DNA of 63,461 nt, counting the filler, from Candidatus Babelota bacterium (lineage in GTDB: Bacteria > JAGOBX01): NCBI GenBank assembly GCA_017999075.1. It is 8 parts of 8 records of this genome, joined end to end, with 100 filler letters (N's around TTAATTAATTAA, not from the genome) between each part and the next. Parts side by side here need not be neighbours in the genome. Positions count along the whole stretch, not along the records: positions 3,404 to 18,883 come from JAGOBX010000024.1; positions 18,984 to 34,432 come from JAGOBX010000025.1; 6 more parts are not named here. One strand, written 5' to 3'. Below, piece by piece: positions 18,256-28,387 of this stretch. The notes beneath the pieces are model-generated. The model did no database searches and was not told where the DNA came from. It saw nothing but the letters and a program-made list of their open reading frames with translations. Made by a program: the position numbers and the translations under genes. The number at the start of each line of letters is the position of its first letter. Position 1 is the first letter of the stretch.

Positions 18256-18883
18256 AAAGAAAAGATTTATTAAAAATTCCTGTAGAACATATAGATATTT
18301 CGAAGTTTGATTCTACAGAAATTATAGAATCAATGTCTAAGATGTCGTTTAGTTCCCGGGATACTGCAAATGCCGCTTTTATTTTTGAAAAAATGATTGG
18401 GGATCCGGATTGTTCAATAATATTGACTTTAGCAGGAAGCACAGGAGCTGCGGGATGTATGAAAATATATTCTGATATGATTTTGTATAATATGGTTGAT
18501 GCAGTAGTAGCTACTGGAGCAAGTGTTGTTGATATGGATTTTTTTGAAGCTCTTGGATTCAGGCATTATATAGGTACTCAGTTTATAGACGATAGATACT
18601 TGCGTAAAAATTATATTGACAGAATATATGATACATACATTGATGAAAAGGAGCTGCAGAAATGCGATCAGGCGGTATGTAATATAGCGGACGGATTAAA
18701 ACCAGGGATTTACAGTTCGCGTGCATTTATAAAAGAAATGGGAAAATATGCGGTAAAGAACTCAAAAAAAAAAAATAGTCTGGTGCAGCTTGCATATGAA
18801 AATAATGTCCCTGTTTTTTATCCTGCTTTTTTTGATTCAATCGCAGGATTCGGTTTATGCATGTATCAGGAAAATAAAAAAAA
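18252..18883 (+). CDS. Deoxyhypusine synthase-like protein (probable homospermidine synthase), 3'-truncated
   Basis: MSFSSRD, TLAGS, VATGA..VDMDFFEALG, IDRIYDTYIDE; overlaps the speB stop codon. Confidence 0.85.
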
Positions 18884-18983
18884 NNNNNNNNNNNNNNNNN
18901 NNNNNNNNNNNNNNNNNNNNNNNNNNNTTAATTAATTAANNNNNNNNNNNNNNNNNNNNNNNNNNNNNNNNNNNNNNNNNNNN
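18884..18983. other. Artificial contig linker
   Basis: N44-TTAATTAATTAA-N44. Confidence 0.98.
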
Positions 18984-18985
18984 AT

Positions 18986-19426
18986 ATTAAGATGAATATA
19001 GATTTTGCTAAGAAATTAGTAAAAGTTCCGAAAATTTATTCGGTTAATTATTTTATGAAAGATGATGCAGGCCAGTTTATGAGTGATAAAGTTGATAAAT
19101 CAGTGTGGCTGAAATGGATGGAATTGCGTGTGAACAATGAAATAGAAGCAATTAAAACTCCAACAGGATTTATTCCTAAATATGATGATTTAAGAAAATT
19201 ATTCAAACAGGTTCTTGGAAAAGAATATTCTAAAGAGCTTTATGAAAAACAATTTTCGTTTCGCTGCACAAAATGGATTGAAAAACTTGATCGTCTTGAA
19301 AAGCAGTATAAAGAAACTATTCCTGATACTCCTAAAGAATTATATGATGAATATGAAAAACAGAGAAAAAGAATAGTTGAATTGCAATCAAAAAAAGGTG
19401 ATATTATTAGCCCGTTTGAATTATAA
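18986..19426 (+). CDS. pckG: GTP-dependent phosphoenolpyruvate carboxykinase, C-terminal fragment (archaeal-like subtype)
   Basis: PKIYSVNYFMKD..G.F..DK.DK.VWLKWMELRV...TPTGFIPKY.DL..LF...ISPF; open from the contig edge. Confidence 0.75.
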   Translation: MKMNIDFAKKLVKVPKIYSVNYFMKDDAGQFMSDKVDKSVWLKWMELRVNNEIEAIKTPTGFIPKYDDLRKLFKQVLGKEYSKELYEKQFSFRCTKWIEKLDRLEKQYKETIPDTPKELYDEYEKQRKRIVELQSKKGDIISPFEL

Positions 19427-19490
19427 TATTCTGGGATATTTCAAATATTATTAATAAATTTTATTATATTTTTTAAGGAGAAAAATTTAT

Positions 19491-20813
19491 ATGAATCCAA
19501 TTGCTATTGAATTGAATGATAAAATTAAAAAATCAAACAATAGTTTATTAGATATGATGTCAGAACTCGGTAAGGAATTGTTTTTTCCAAAAGGCATTTT
19601 GACACAAACAGCCGAAGCTAAACAGCATGCGAAAAAATATAATGCTACTATCGGGATAGCTAAGGAAAACGGCAAAGCAATGTATCTTCCGTCATTAATG
19701 AAATATTTTAATAATCTTGACATAGATGATATTACTCCATACGCGCCGTCTCCAGGTCAGCAGAAACTCCGTGAAATATGGAAAGATCATATTTTTGACA
19801 AAAATAATGAACTTGAGAAGAATCTTAAAATAAGTCTGCCTGTAGTAACTAATGGAATAACCCATGGATTAAGTATAATTGCGGAAATGTTTGTAAATCC
19901 CGGTGATATAATAATTATGCCTGATAAAATTTGGGGGAATTACCGATTAACTTATGTGACAAGATATAAAGCTGTGTTTAAGCATTTTCCTTTATTTAAT
20001 AGTAAGAACGGTTTTAATACCGAAGGACTTGAAGAAACAATCAATGAAGTTAAAAAAACAAAAAATAAAGCAATTGTTTTATTAAATTTTCCGAACAATC
20101 CTATCGGTTATTCGCCTACTGTCAAAGAGGCAAATCAAATATCAGAGATTTTGTTAAAATATGCTTCTACTGAATTTAAAATAGTAACAATTTTAGATGA
20201 TGCTTATTACGGATTATTTTTTGAAAAAGAAGTTTATACAAATTCTTTATTCAGTAAATTAGCTGGTAAAAATGAAAATCTTCTTGCTATAAAACTTGAT
20301 GCTGCTACAAAAGAAGATTATGTGTGGGGATTCAGATGCGGTTTCATAACTTATTCAATAAAATGTGAAAATTACGAAGAACTTAATGATGCTCTCGAAA
20401 AGAAAACAGGAGGATGTATAAGAGGAAATATATCTAATTGTTCAAATGTAAGTCAGTCTGTAATGACTAAATTATTACAGGACAAGGGTGTTTATCTAAA
20501 AGAAAAACAAGAAAAATTTAATACTTTAAAACATCGAGCAGAGAAAGTTAAAGAAGTTTTGGCAAACTCGAAATATTCGGAATTTTGGACAATGTATCCG
20601 TTTAATTCAGGATATTTTATGTGCATAAAACTTAAGGGAATGAATTCTGAAGAATACAGAAAATTTCTTCTTCATCAATATGGAGTGGGAGTAATAAGTC
20701 CGAACGATACTGATATCCGGATTGCTTTTTCTGCAGTTGAAGAAAAAGATATTGAAGACCTTTTTAATGTAATGCTTGAAGCAGCAGCGGAATTCACCAA
20801 AAAAGGAAAATGA
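19491..20813 (+). CDS. PLP-dependent class I/II aminotransferase (aspartate aminotransferase-like)
   Basis: FPKGIL.Q..EA, NFPNNPIGYSP, DDAYY, KLDAATKED..WGFRCG, PFNSGYF, RIAFS; RBS AAGGAG. Confidence 0.85.
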   Translation: MNPIAIELNDKIKKSNNSLLDMMSELGKELFFPKGILTQTAEAKQHAKKYNATIGIAKENGKAMYLPSLMKYFNNLDIDDITPYAPSPGQQKLREIWKDHIFDKNNELEKNLKISLPVVTNGITHGLSIIAEMFVNPGDIIIMPDKIWGNYRLTYVTRYKAVFKHFPLFNSKNGFNTEGLEETINEVKKTKNKAIVLLNFPNNPIGYSPTVKEANQISEILLKYASTEFKIVTILDDAYYGLFFEKEVYTNSLFSKLAGKNENLLAIKLDAATKEDYVWGFRCGFITYSIKCENYEELNDALEKKTGGCIRGNISNCSNVSQSVMTKLLQDKGVYLKEKQEKFNTLKHRAEKVKEVLANSKYSEFWTMYPFNSGYFMCIKLKGMNSEEYRKFLLHQYGVGVISPNDTDIRIAFSAVEEKDIEDLFNVMLEAAAEFTKKGK

Positions 20814-20825
20814 TTTTTATATTTT

Positions 20826-21641
20826 ATGACAGATAAAATATTATTTTTAAAGAATAAATCAAAAGAAATAAGATTGGAAATTGTAAAAATGACTTACCGT
20901 CTCGGCGGCGGTCATATAGGTCCGGCGTTATCAGCGAATGATATATTGACAGTATTATATTATAATTTTTTAAATATAATGCCGGACAATCCTTTGAATG
21001 AAAACAGGGATAGATTTATTTTAAGCAAAGGTCATGCATGTTTTGGTTTTTATTATATTTTATCTGATTTGGGATTTTTTAATAAAAATATTCTTTTACA
21101 AGTCAATAAAGACACTGATACTTTAGGCAGTCATCCAGAAATTAAACCTGAATGGGGAATAGAAATCACAACCGGCTCTCTTGGTCACGGCTTATCCATA
21201 GGATGCGGTATTGCGTTATCAGCAAAAATAAATGATAAGAAGTTTAGAACTGTAGTTTTAATGGGTGACGGAGAATGTCAGGAAGGTTCAGTATGGGAAG
21301 CGGCTATGTTTGCAAAGCAGCAAAAACTCGATAATTTAATAGGAATTGTTGATTACAATAAATTACAGGCAATTCAGCCAATATCTGAAGCAGTAGACAT
21401 TTTTCCGTTATCTGAAAAATGGAAATCATTCGGATGGTCGGTTCAGGAAATAGATGGACATAATATTGAACAAATAATCGGATCTTTAGAGAAAATACCG
21501 ATGGCTACAGGAAAACCTTCAATGATAATAGCTCATACAGTGAAAGGTAAAGGCGTATCTTACATGGAAAATAAACCGTTATGGCATTACAGAAGTCCTG
21601 ATCAAAAAGAATATGAAATTGCTCTTACGGAATTAAGCTGA
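20826..21641 (+). CDS. Transketolase N-terminal (TPP-binding) subunit
   Basis: GGHIG, DRFILSKGHA, TGSLGHG, GDGECQEGSVWE, TVKGKGVSYME...WH. Confidence 0.9.
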   Translation: MTDKILFLKNKSKEIRLEIVKMTYRLGGGHIGPALSANDILTVLYYNFLNIMPDNPLNENRDRFILSKGHACFGFYYILSDLGFFNKNILLQVNKDTDTLGSHPEIKPEWGIEITTGSLGHGLSIGCGIALSAKINDKKFRTVVLMGDGECQEGSVWEAAMFAKQQKLDNLIGIVDYNKLQAIQPISEAVDIFPLSEKWKSFGWSVQEIDGHNIEQIIGSLEKIPMATGKPSMIIAHTVKGKGVSYMENKPLWHYRSPDQKEYEIALTELS

Positions 21642-21682
21642 AAAACAGTTTTTTTATATGTCTTATAAATGAGATACCGAAA

Positions 21683-23998
21683 ATGGAAAACAAAACAGGT
21701 TCCCTGCATCCGGATAATCAAAAGTTTATTCACAATAAGACCGCAATAATATTTTTTATTATTTTTGATATAATTATATTTTGGAAGCTTGTATTACCAG
21801 GTTATTTTATTGGCGGAGATATACGTGAATTTATTCTTCAAACTTCATTTTTTGATTCATTGAATATAAATTATAATAATTATCAGTTTTGCGGAGTTCC
21901 GTCTTCTGTTCATTTCAGCGGGTTGAACTATATTTTTTCTTTTAATTTTTTAGGACTTTTTTTTTCTGTAAAAACCGCATTTATTTTCCATTTAATAATT
22001 CTTCAATTATTTTTTTATAAATTTCTAAGATTATACTGCAAGAATTTAATACCTGCAATTACAGCTGTTTTAATGTTTTCTTTTGGCGGATATACTGCAA
22101 ATTTATTTTATAAAGGCCACAACACTTTTTTTTATGCTGTTTCGTGGGGAATTGCAAATTTATATTTTAGTATAGTATTCTTCAGAACCTGTAAATTTAA
22201 ACAGTTGATTTTTTTATTTGTTTCTGCATATTTGCAAATGACCTGCGGCAACCCATATATTGTAATATTTAGTTTTTCTCTAATATTTTTTGTTATTATA
22301 TATGAATTATTATGCGCGGAAAGCGCGTATGTGTTTAGCACAATAAAAAAAACTGGCATTAAGTTGATAATTATTGTTTTAGTGATTGTAGGAGGTTTTT
22401 TTGCGGGAAGCTCCAATTTTGTTAAAACAAATGCAGTTCTTGAAGATTCAATAAAAAAAACAGGATTTAATCTTAATGAATCAAAAAGATATTCGTATTC
22501 ATTTGGACACCTGATTAATATTTTTGTCCCGGGTTTTTTCGGAAGCTCTCAACTGAGTAATTTTTGGGACAACAGCTTTGAGGATGTAAGCGGATATGTT
22601 TCTGTGTTATATTTGATAATATTTTTTTACGGACTGCCTATTATTATAAATAATAGAAAATTAATTTATCTTTTTCTGATTTCTCTTCTGTTTCTTGTAA
22701 TTTCAATGGCTGACATATTTCCTTTATATAACTTATTATTTCAATTTTTTCCGGTTTTTAAAATTTTTAGAGGACCGGTTCGTTTTTTATTTTTCTTTTC
22801 ATTTTTTTCCGTATTTTTTATATCAGTATTGTTTGATAATGTCTTATCTTTTCCTCCGCCTCGAAAAATCAAATTAAAAATCATTATGGTATTATCTGTT
22901 TTATTTATAGTAGCGGTAAAGTTGAATATAATGCATTTTATTAATGATATAGTTCAATCATTATTTGAAGGACATAATAAATTGAGTTATTTTTTCCGGA
23001 AAATGATGATAAATCAATATACTGCGGAAAGTTCTATTATAACATTTTTGTTATTTATTTTATTTTATTCTACTATTTTTATATTTATTGACCGGAAAAA
23101 AAGCAAGATTTTGTTGACATTAGTATTATGTGTTGAATTATTTTTATTTTTTAATGTTTATTCATTTGTTAAAATAAATAAAAATGCAGTTTTGAATAAT
23201 AATTTTTATAAAAAACTAAAAATGCTGTCTGGTGATGACCGTATTTTTTTTGTAAATGATTTCCGTAATATTAATGATCATTTATTGTATAAAATAAAAT
23301 CTCTTAATGCGTATAATCCGGCAATGCCATTCAAATTTATAGAATATATTTTTTTATCGAATCAGGAAAAATTGAATTTTGAATATGAAAAATTGTCAAA
23401 TAGAATAGGAAAAATTAATATAAATTCTGCTGTTTTTGATATGACCAATACCAGATATGTCATTTCCCCGCAGGAATTTTCTGAACACGGATATCAATTA
23501 ATAAATAAAATAGACGGATATTCAATTTATAAAAATGTTTATGCATGGAATTATGTTGAAGTTTTTTCCGAATGGCAGGTTTTAAATGAAAAAGAGATTA
23601 CTCAAAATTTGAAAAACTTGAAACGCGGTGAAAAAAAATTATTTTTACATAATATGCCTGAAATTAAATCTAATCATGAAAATATTCAGTATAAAATATC
23701 GGATTATGTTGAAATTTCTAAAGATGACAAATATTTAATTAAATTTAATGTCGATGTTTGTAATGATGCTGTAATTTTTTTGCCGATAATGTTTGATAAG
23801 TTTTTTGAAGCTTATGTGAATGGAAAAAAAACAGATATTATGCGGTCAAATAAAATATTTATTTCTTTTCCTGTAAAGAAAGGATTTAACCATATTGAAT
23901 TATTGTATAATCCTGATTATTCAGTATTAAAATTTATTTTATCAGGAATATTATTTTTTGCAGCAGGAGCAGTTATTTATAAAAAAACAGTTATTTGA
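21683..23998 (+). CDS. YfhO-family polytopic membrane protein (probable GT-C glycosyltransferase)
   Basis: About 13 TMs, FRGPVRF motif, C-terminal soluble domain with AYVNG...N..F...V.KG...IEL.Y.P and a final TM. Confidence 0.7.
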   Translation: MENKTGSLHPDNQKFIHNKTAIIFFIIFDIIIFWKLVLPGYFIGGDIREFILQTSFFDSLNINYNNYQFCGVPSSVHFSGLNYIFSFNFLGLFFSVKTAFIFHLIILQLFFYKFLRLYCKNLIPAITAVLMFSFGGYTANLFYKGHNTFFYAVSWGIANLYFSIVFFRTCKFKQLIFLFVSAYLQMTCGNPYIVIFSFSLIFFVIIYELLCAESAYVFSTIKKTGIKLIIIVLVIVGGFFAGSSNFVKTNAVLEDSIKKTGFNLNESKRYSYSFGHLINIFVPGFFGSSQLSNFWDNSFEDVSGYVSVLYLIIFFYGLPIIINNRKLIYLFLISLLFLVISMADIFPLYNLLFQFFPVFKIFRGPVRFLFFFSFFSVFFISVLFDNVLSFPPPRKIKLKIIMVLSVLFIVAVKLNIMHFINDIVQSLFEGHNKLSYFFRKMMINQYTAESSIITFLLFILFYSTIFIFIDRKKSKILLTLVLCVELFLFFNVYSFVKINKNAVLNNNFYKKLKMLSGDDRIFFVNDFRNINDHLLYKIKSLNAYNPAMPFKFIEYIFLSNQEKLNFEYEKLSNRIGKININSAVFDMTNTRYVISPQEFSEHGYQLINKIDGYSIYKNVYAWNYVEVFSEWQVLNEKEITQNLKNLKRGEKKLFLHNMPEIKSNHENIQYKISDYVEISKDDKYLIKFNVDVCNDAVIFLPIMFDKFFEAYVNGKKTDIMRSNKIFISFPVKKGFNHIELLYNPDYSVLKFILSGILFFAAGAVIYKKTVI

Positions 23999-25463
23999 AT
24001 TTCAGAAGTTTATCGTAAAAAATCCGTTTTAAAAAAGTAAAATTCAGCAGATCATTTTTTTTTAGAAAAGCGTCTATAATAATTTTAAAAAAATGCGCTT
24101 TTAAAAATTCAAAATAAAATATTTTTTCACGTCTAATCAAATCAGCACGGTTAAAATCAGGTGTTTCTATTATCGGAATATTAAATTTTGAATCGCATAA
24201 TTCGTTTTTTATAAAATAATTGTTTTTTACGCATTCATCAAAAAGTTTTGTTCCGGCAAGAGGTGTAGCAAAAGAAGTTGCTACGCCGTTAAGTTTCAAT
24301 TCTTTAATTTGACTGATAGTTTTATTGAAAGATTCTTCTGTTTCACCAGGCATACCTATAATATAATATGCAAAAATTGAGAGGCCTGCTTTATTGGCGT
24401 TTTCAACAACTTCTTTGATTTTTTCATCTGATATGCCTTTTCCAATAATTTTATTTCTTATATAACTGTCGCCGCTTTCTATGGCTATGCATATTCTGTG
24501 GCAACCTGATTTTTTCATAATTTGAAGAGTTTCTAAATCAAGGGTTTTTGCTGAAAGCCCGTTTGGAGTATTCCATTTAATTTTAATGTTTTGTTTTATT
24601 ATTTTTTCGCATATTTGAATGGTTCTGTTTTTATCAAATGAGAAATTGTCATCCATCACAAAAAGTTCATCTATTAAAAAATGTTTTTTTAAATAAAGAA
24701 TTTCATCCACCACATTTTCCGCGCTTCTTGATCTCCATTTGGGTCCATGCGATAAATACATACTGCAAAAACTGCATCTGTTCGGGCAAGATCTGCTTGT
24801 TATAATGCTTGCCTTTCTTTTGAATCCAAGTCCGTATAATTTCATTTTATAATTATTATAAAAGTTAAAGTTAATGCTTTCTCTGTCAGGGAAAGGAATT
24901 TCATCAAGGTTATTTATAAAAATTGATTTAGGATTAATTACTATATTTTTATTTTGTTTATAACCTATGCCGTCTATGTTATTCAGAGGCGAGTTATTTA
25001 TTATATTTTTTATAAGTTGCGCAAAAGATTCTTCTCCTTCGCCTATTATTAAATAATCAATATATTCTGATTTTAATGTCAGTTCTGGAAAAATAGTAGG
25101 ATAAATTCCGCCGACAGTAATTTTAATTTCTTTATTTTTTTTTTTGATTATCTCAGCCAATCTGAACATTTCGGATTTACGCATAGAAAACATATTAGTT
25201 AAACCTACCATATCAGGATTAATTTCATTTACTTTATCTGCTATTTCATGAATAGTTAGTCCATATTGGTAATGGTTTATTTTTTTTTTGACGCCGGTTT
25301 CTGATACCGCATCTATAATATTAACATCTACAGAATCAGATAATTTTTTTTTCAGATATGAAGAAATATATAATAATCCTATAGGTTCCATTAAGTAAAA
25401 GTTTCCAGATTCGAATTCAAAACCAGGATTTATTAAAAGTATTTTATATTTACTTTTCAGCAT
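23991..25463 (-). CDS. B12-binding radical SAM protein (class B methyltransferase-like)
   Basis: EPIGLLYI, GGIYPT, GEGEE, TSRSCPNRCSFC, DDNF, IESG, IIGMPGET. Confidence 0.88.
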   Translation of the reverse strand: MLKSKYKILLINPGFEFESGNFYLMEPIGLLYISSYLKKKLSDSVDVNIIDAVSETGVKKKINHYQYGLTIHEIADKVNEINPDMVGLTNMFSMRKSEMFRLAEIIKKKNKEIKITVGGIYPTIFPELTLKSEYIDYLIIGEGEESFAQLIKNIINNSPLNNIDGIGYKQNKNIVINPKSIFINNLDEIPFPDRESINFNFYNNYKMKLYGLGFKRKASIITSRSCPNRCSFCSMYLSHGPKWRSRSAENVVDEILYLKKHFLIDELFVMDDNFSFDKNRTIQICEKIIKQNIKIKWNTPNGLSAKTLDLETLQIMKKSGCHRICIAIESGDSYIRNKIIGKGISDEKIKEVVENANKAGLSIFAYYIIGMPGETEESFNKTISQIKELKLNGVATSFATPLAGTKLFDECVKNNYFIKNELCDSKFNIPIIETPDFNRADLIRREKIFYFEFLKAHFFKIIIDAFLKKNDLLNFTFLKRIFYDKLLKFK

Positions 25464-26337
25464 ATGTAATAATGTTCCCCACGTTTAATCCTATTTTTAA
25501 ATCTAATAATTTTAACAATCCGGATAATTTGATAAATATGTTTTTTATTTTATAATTTACAGGAAGCATTTCAATCCAGTATTTAAGTTTATAACTGTTT
25601 TTTAAATTTTTTACTTTAATATTTTTGAATCCTGATTCTGCGAGTAGTTTTGATATAGTATTTTTATTAAAGTAATAAATATGTCCTAAATTTATAACAG
25701 GATTTTTTTCTCCTAAAATAAAAGTCAAGTATGAATCTATGTTGTGAGTAACCAGTATAATTTTTCCGCCATGATTTAATAAGGAAAGACAGTCGTTTAA
25801 AAATTTATCAGGTTCAAGCAGATGATCCAATACCATAAACGCGCAGATAACATCAAATTTTTTGCCGTTTAAAGAATCTTTTGAAAATACATCATTTATT
25901 ATATGCTTTTTTATTTCCGGATCAGAATTGGAAACAGCTGTTTTTGAAGGTTCTATTCCGCAAACATTTTTTATTCCGAATTCAAGGGCTTTTTTTAGAA
26001 ATATGCCGTCGCCGCATCCTATTTCAAGAAGATAATTATCTTTTTTTATATTAGTTTTTTTTAAGAAGTCAAAGTAAACTTCAGCAGCGTCATTGCTTTC
26101 CGAAGTATGTTCATCGCTGCTGTTTTTGTACAATTCGCTCAGTTCATTTTGATCAAGCACAGGATTTGAAAAATGCAGACCGCAGTTATTGCATTTTATA
26201 ATCCTGTAATGTTTCGTATTATTCCTTGCGCGCGTAGAAACAAAATCTGATTTTATTTCATTTAAAGAAATATTTGCTTTAAATTTTTCAATAATGTTAT
26301 TATTATTTTTGCAAAAAATACATTTTGTATCAATCAT
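25450..26337 (-). CDS. Class I SAM-dependent methyltransferase with N-terminal Zn-binding CxxC pairs
   Basis: CIFC...CNNCG, LLEIGCGDG, GIEPS, VLDHL..P, HIYYF. Confidence 0.85.
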   Translation of the reverse strand: MIDTKCIFCKNNNNIIEKFKANISLNEIKSDFVSTRARNNTKHYRIIKCNNCGLHFSNPVLDQNELSELYKNSSDEHTSESNDAAEVYFDFLKKTNIKKDNYLLEIGCGDGIFLKKALEFGIKNVCGIEPSKTAVSNSDPEIKKHIINDVFSKDSLNGKKFDVICAFMVLDHLLEPDKFLNDCLSLLNHGGKIILVTHNIDSYLTFILGEKNPVINLGHIYYFNKNTISKLLAESGFKNIKVKNLKNSYKLKYWIEMLPVNYKIKNIFIKLSGLLKLLDLKIGLNVGNIITYAEK

Positions 26338-26365
26338 ATTTTTATTTAATTATAATTATCGGCGC

Positions 26366-28387
26366 TCAATTGTTTTCTCTGTTTTTTTGAAGATCAGTTA
26401 TTATTTTTGATATTTCTGCTTCTTTGTCGAATATTTTACCGTTATAGAGTATTTTGCTTCTTATAAATTTTGGTCTGTTCTTGATTTCTTCTGTAATTTT
26501 TCCTATATAATCTCCGAGAATACTTAAAGAAATTAATTGAAAACTGCCAAGCCCGAGCATTAAAAGTATAATTGTTGTGGTTCCGCTTGCGTTTACAGGA
26601 GGTTTGATAAAATAAGCTGTTAAATAAAATATAGTAAGAGTTAACGTAATAAAAAATAAACATACGCCGATTGTTTGTATGTAATATAAAGGCTTCATGC
26701 TGAATGAAAAAATTCCTTTTTTTGCCCACCAGATATTTTTGAAAAAATTGTTTGTACTTTTTCCAAACAGCCGTTCGCTTCTTATGTATGGAACTCCGGT
26801 TTGTTTGCCTCCGACCCAGGCTCGAAGTCCTCTTATAAAAATATCTTTTTCAGTGAAAGTTAATAATTGTTTTATAATTTTTTTGTCTAATAAAGAAAAA
26901 TCCCCGGCATCAACCGGTATTTTAATATCGGATAGCTTTTTGAAAATACGGTAAAAAGCTTTATAAAAAAACTGCATATATAACGGAGCTTCTCTTTTTA
27001 TGCGTTCACCGTAAACTATCTCGTATCCTTCGTTCCATTTTTTTATAAAATCAGGAATTAATTCCGGAGGATCCTGTCCGTCTCCGTCCATGAGTACTGC
27101 TGCGTCTCCTGAGGCAATCTCCAAACCGCTTATAAAAGCTGATTGCGATCCGAAATTACGCGAATGAGTGATACCTACAATATGATTGTCATTCAAACTT
27201 AAATTGTAAATAACTTCTTCGTCATTAGCAGGACTGGAATCATTAACAAATATGATTTCGTAATCATAACCTGTTTGTTTGAAAATTTCAGTAATACGTT
27301 TATACATTACAGGTATTGCCTGATTATCTTTGTAACATGCAAGTATTACAGAAATCTTTTTTGTTTTTTGTGGAATATAAACAAATTTCAATCGATCCTC
27401 TGCTGCTTTTTCCCAGTCTGCAGTTAAACTCAATCCTTGTTCAAATGAAATGGAATATTTCCAGTTCATTATTTTTTCTGCAAACGCCGGGTCTCCATAC
27501 CAATTGCTTAAATCCCATTTGCGGTTTGCCATTGCTCCAAAAACAGGTTCATCATTAATATTAAATAATTTTTTTGCAGTTTGTACTGCTTCTTCAATTG
27601 TTGTCTTTTTTCCTGAAGCTACATTTAATGAAATTCCAGGATTTGATCTGCATACTTTTAAGGCTGATTTGACAAAAGCATTGGTAGCGTCATCTATATA
27701 AACAAAATCGCGGGATATATTTTTGTCAACAAAATTAGGCAGTTTTTTTTTAAGGCAATTAAACAGAAGCGTAGGTATAAATCGGTCTCTTTCTTCCCAT
27801 GGTCCGTAAATAGAATATAATCTTAAGTTTACGGCAGGAAAATTAAAAATTTTACCATAAAATTTTATCAAATAATCAGCGCCTACTTTTGAAACTGCAT
27901 AATCGCTGTTAGGAACAAGTTCGTCTGTTTCTTTAGGTTTGCTGCAGTTTAGTCCATATTCAGAAGAACTGCCTGCCTGAACAAAAGCGCTGCATCCGAT
28001 ATCAGATAATGTTCTGATCAAATTTAATGTTCCGATATAATTGGTGTTATGTATTTTTTCTATATCATTTTGTCTTGCGTATGAACCGTAGGCAGACAGA
28101 TTGAATACGGTCATAGGTTTATATTTATCGATTTTATTTTTTAAATTTTCATAATCAGTTATATCAAGATTTATAAGTTTTGAGGAGTCGATTTCCCGTA
28201 GCCGCCAATTTTTTTTGGGGTTTCTTGAACATGCAAAAACATCATCTCTGAACTTTTGTAAACTGAAAAACAGGTTTGCTCCGATAAAACCTGAACCGCC
28301 TATTATAAAAATTGGTCCGGCTAAATTTTTCGCCTCTTCTATTTTATCGTTTTGCCAGAAACAAGGATACAATTTATTGTTATTCAT
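26366..28387 (-). CDS. Fusion of NAD-dependent nucleotide-sugar epimerase/dehydratase and GtrB/ArnC-like GT2 glycosyltransferase
   Basis: GGSGFIG, GSSSEYG, YAVSK (YxxxK), RDFVY; then VNDSS, SRNFG, MDGDGQDPP, GDF, two C-terminal TMs and RP motif. Confidence 0.88.
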   Translation of the reverse strand: MNNNKLYPCFWQNDKIEEAKNLAGPIFIIGGSGFIGANLFFSLQKFRDDVFACSRNPKKNWRLREIDSSKLINLDITDYENLKNKIDKYKPMTVFNLSAYGSYARQNDIEKIHNTNYIGTLNLIRTLSDIGCSAFVQAGSSSEYGLNCSKPKETDELVPNSDYAVSKVGADYLIKFYGKIFNFPAVNLRLYSIYGPWEERDRFIPTLLFNCLKKKLPNFVDKNISRDFVYIDDATNAFVKSALKVCRSNPGISLNVASGKKTTIEEAVQTAKKLFNINDEPVFGAMANRKWDLSNWYGDPAFAEKIMNWKYSISFEQGLSLTADWEKAAEDRLKFVYIPQKTKKISVILACYKDNQAIPVMYKRITEIFKQTGYDYEIIFVNDSSPANDEEVIYNLSLNDNHIVGITHSRNFGSQSAFISGLEIASGDAAVLMDGDGQDPPELIPDFIKKWNEGYEIVYGERIKREAPLYMQFFYKAFYRIFKKLSDIKIPVDAGDFSLLDKKIIKQLLTFTEKDIFIRGLRAWVGGKQTGVPYIRSERLFGKSTNNFFKNIWWAKKGIFSFSMKPLYYIQTIGVCLFFITLTLTIFYLTAYFIKPPVNASGTTTIILLMLGLGSFQLISLSILGDYIGKITEEIKNRPKFIRSKILYNGKIFDKEAEISKIITDLQKNRENN

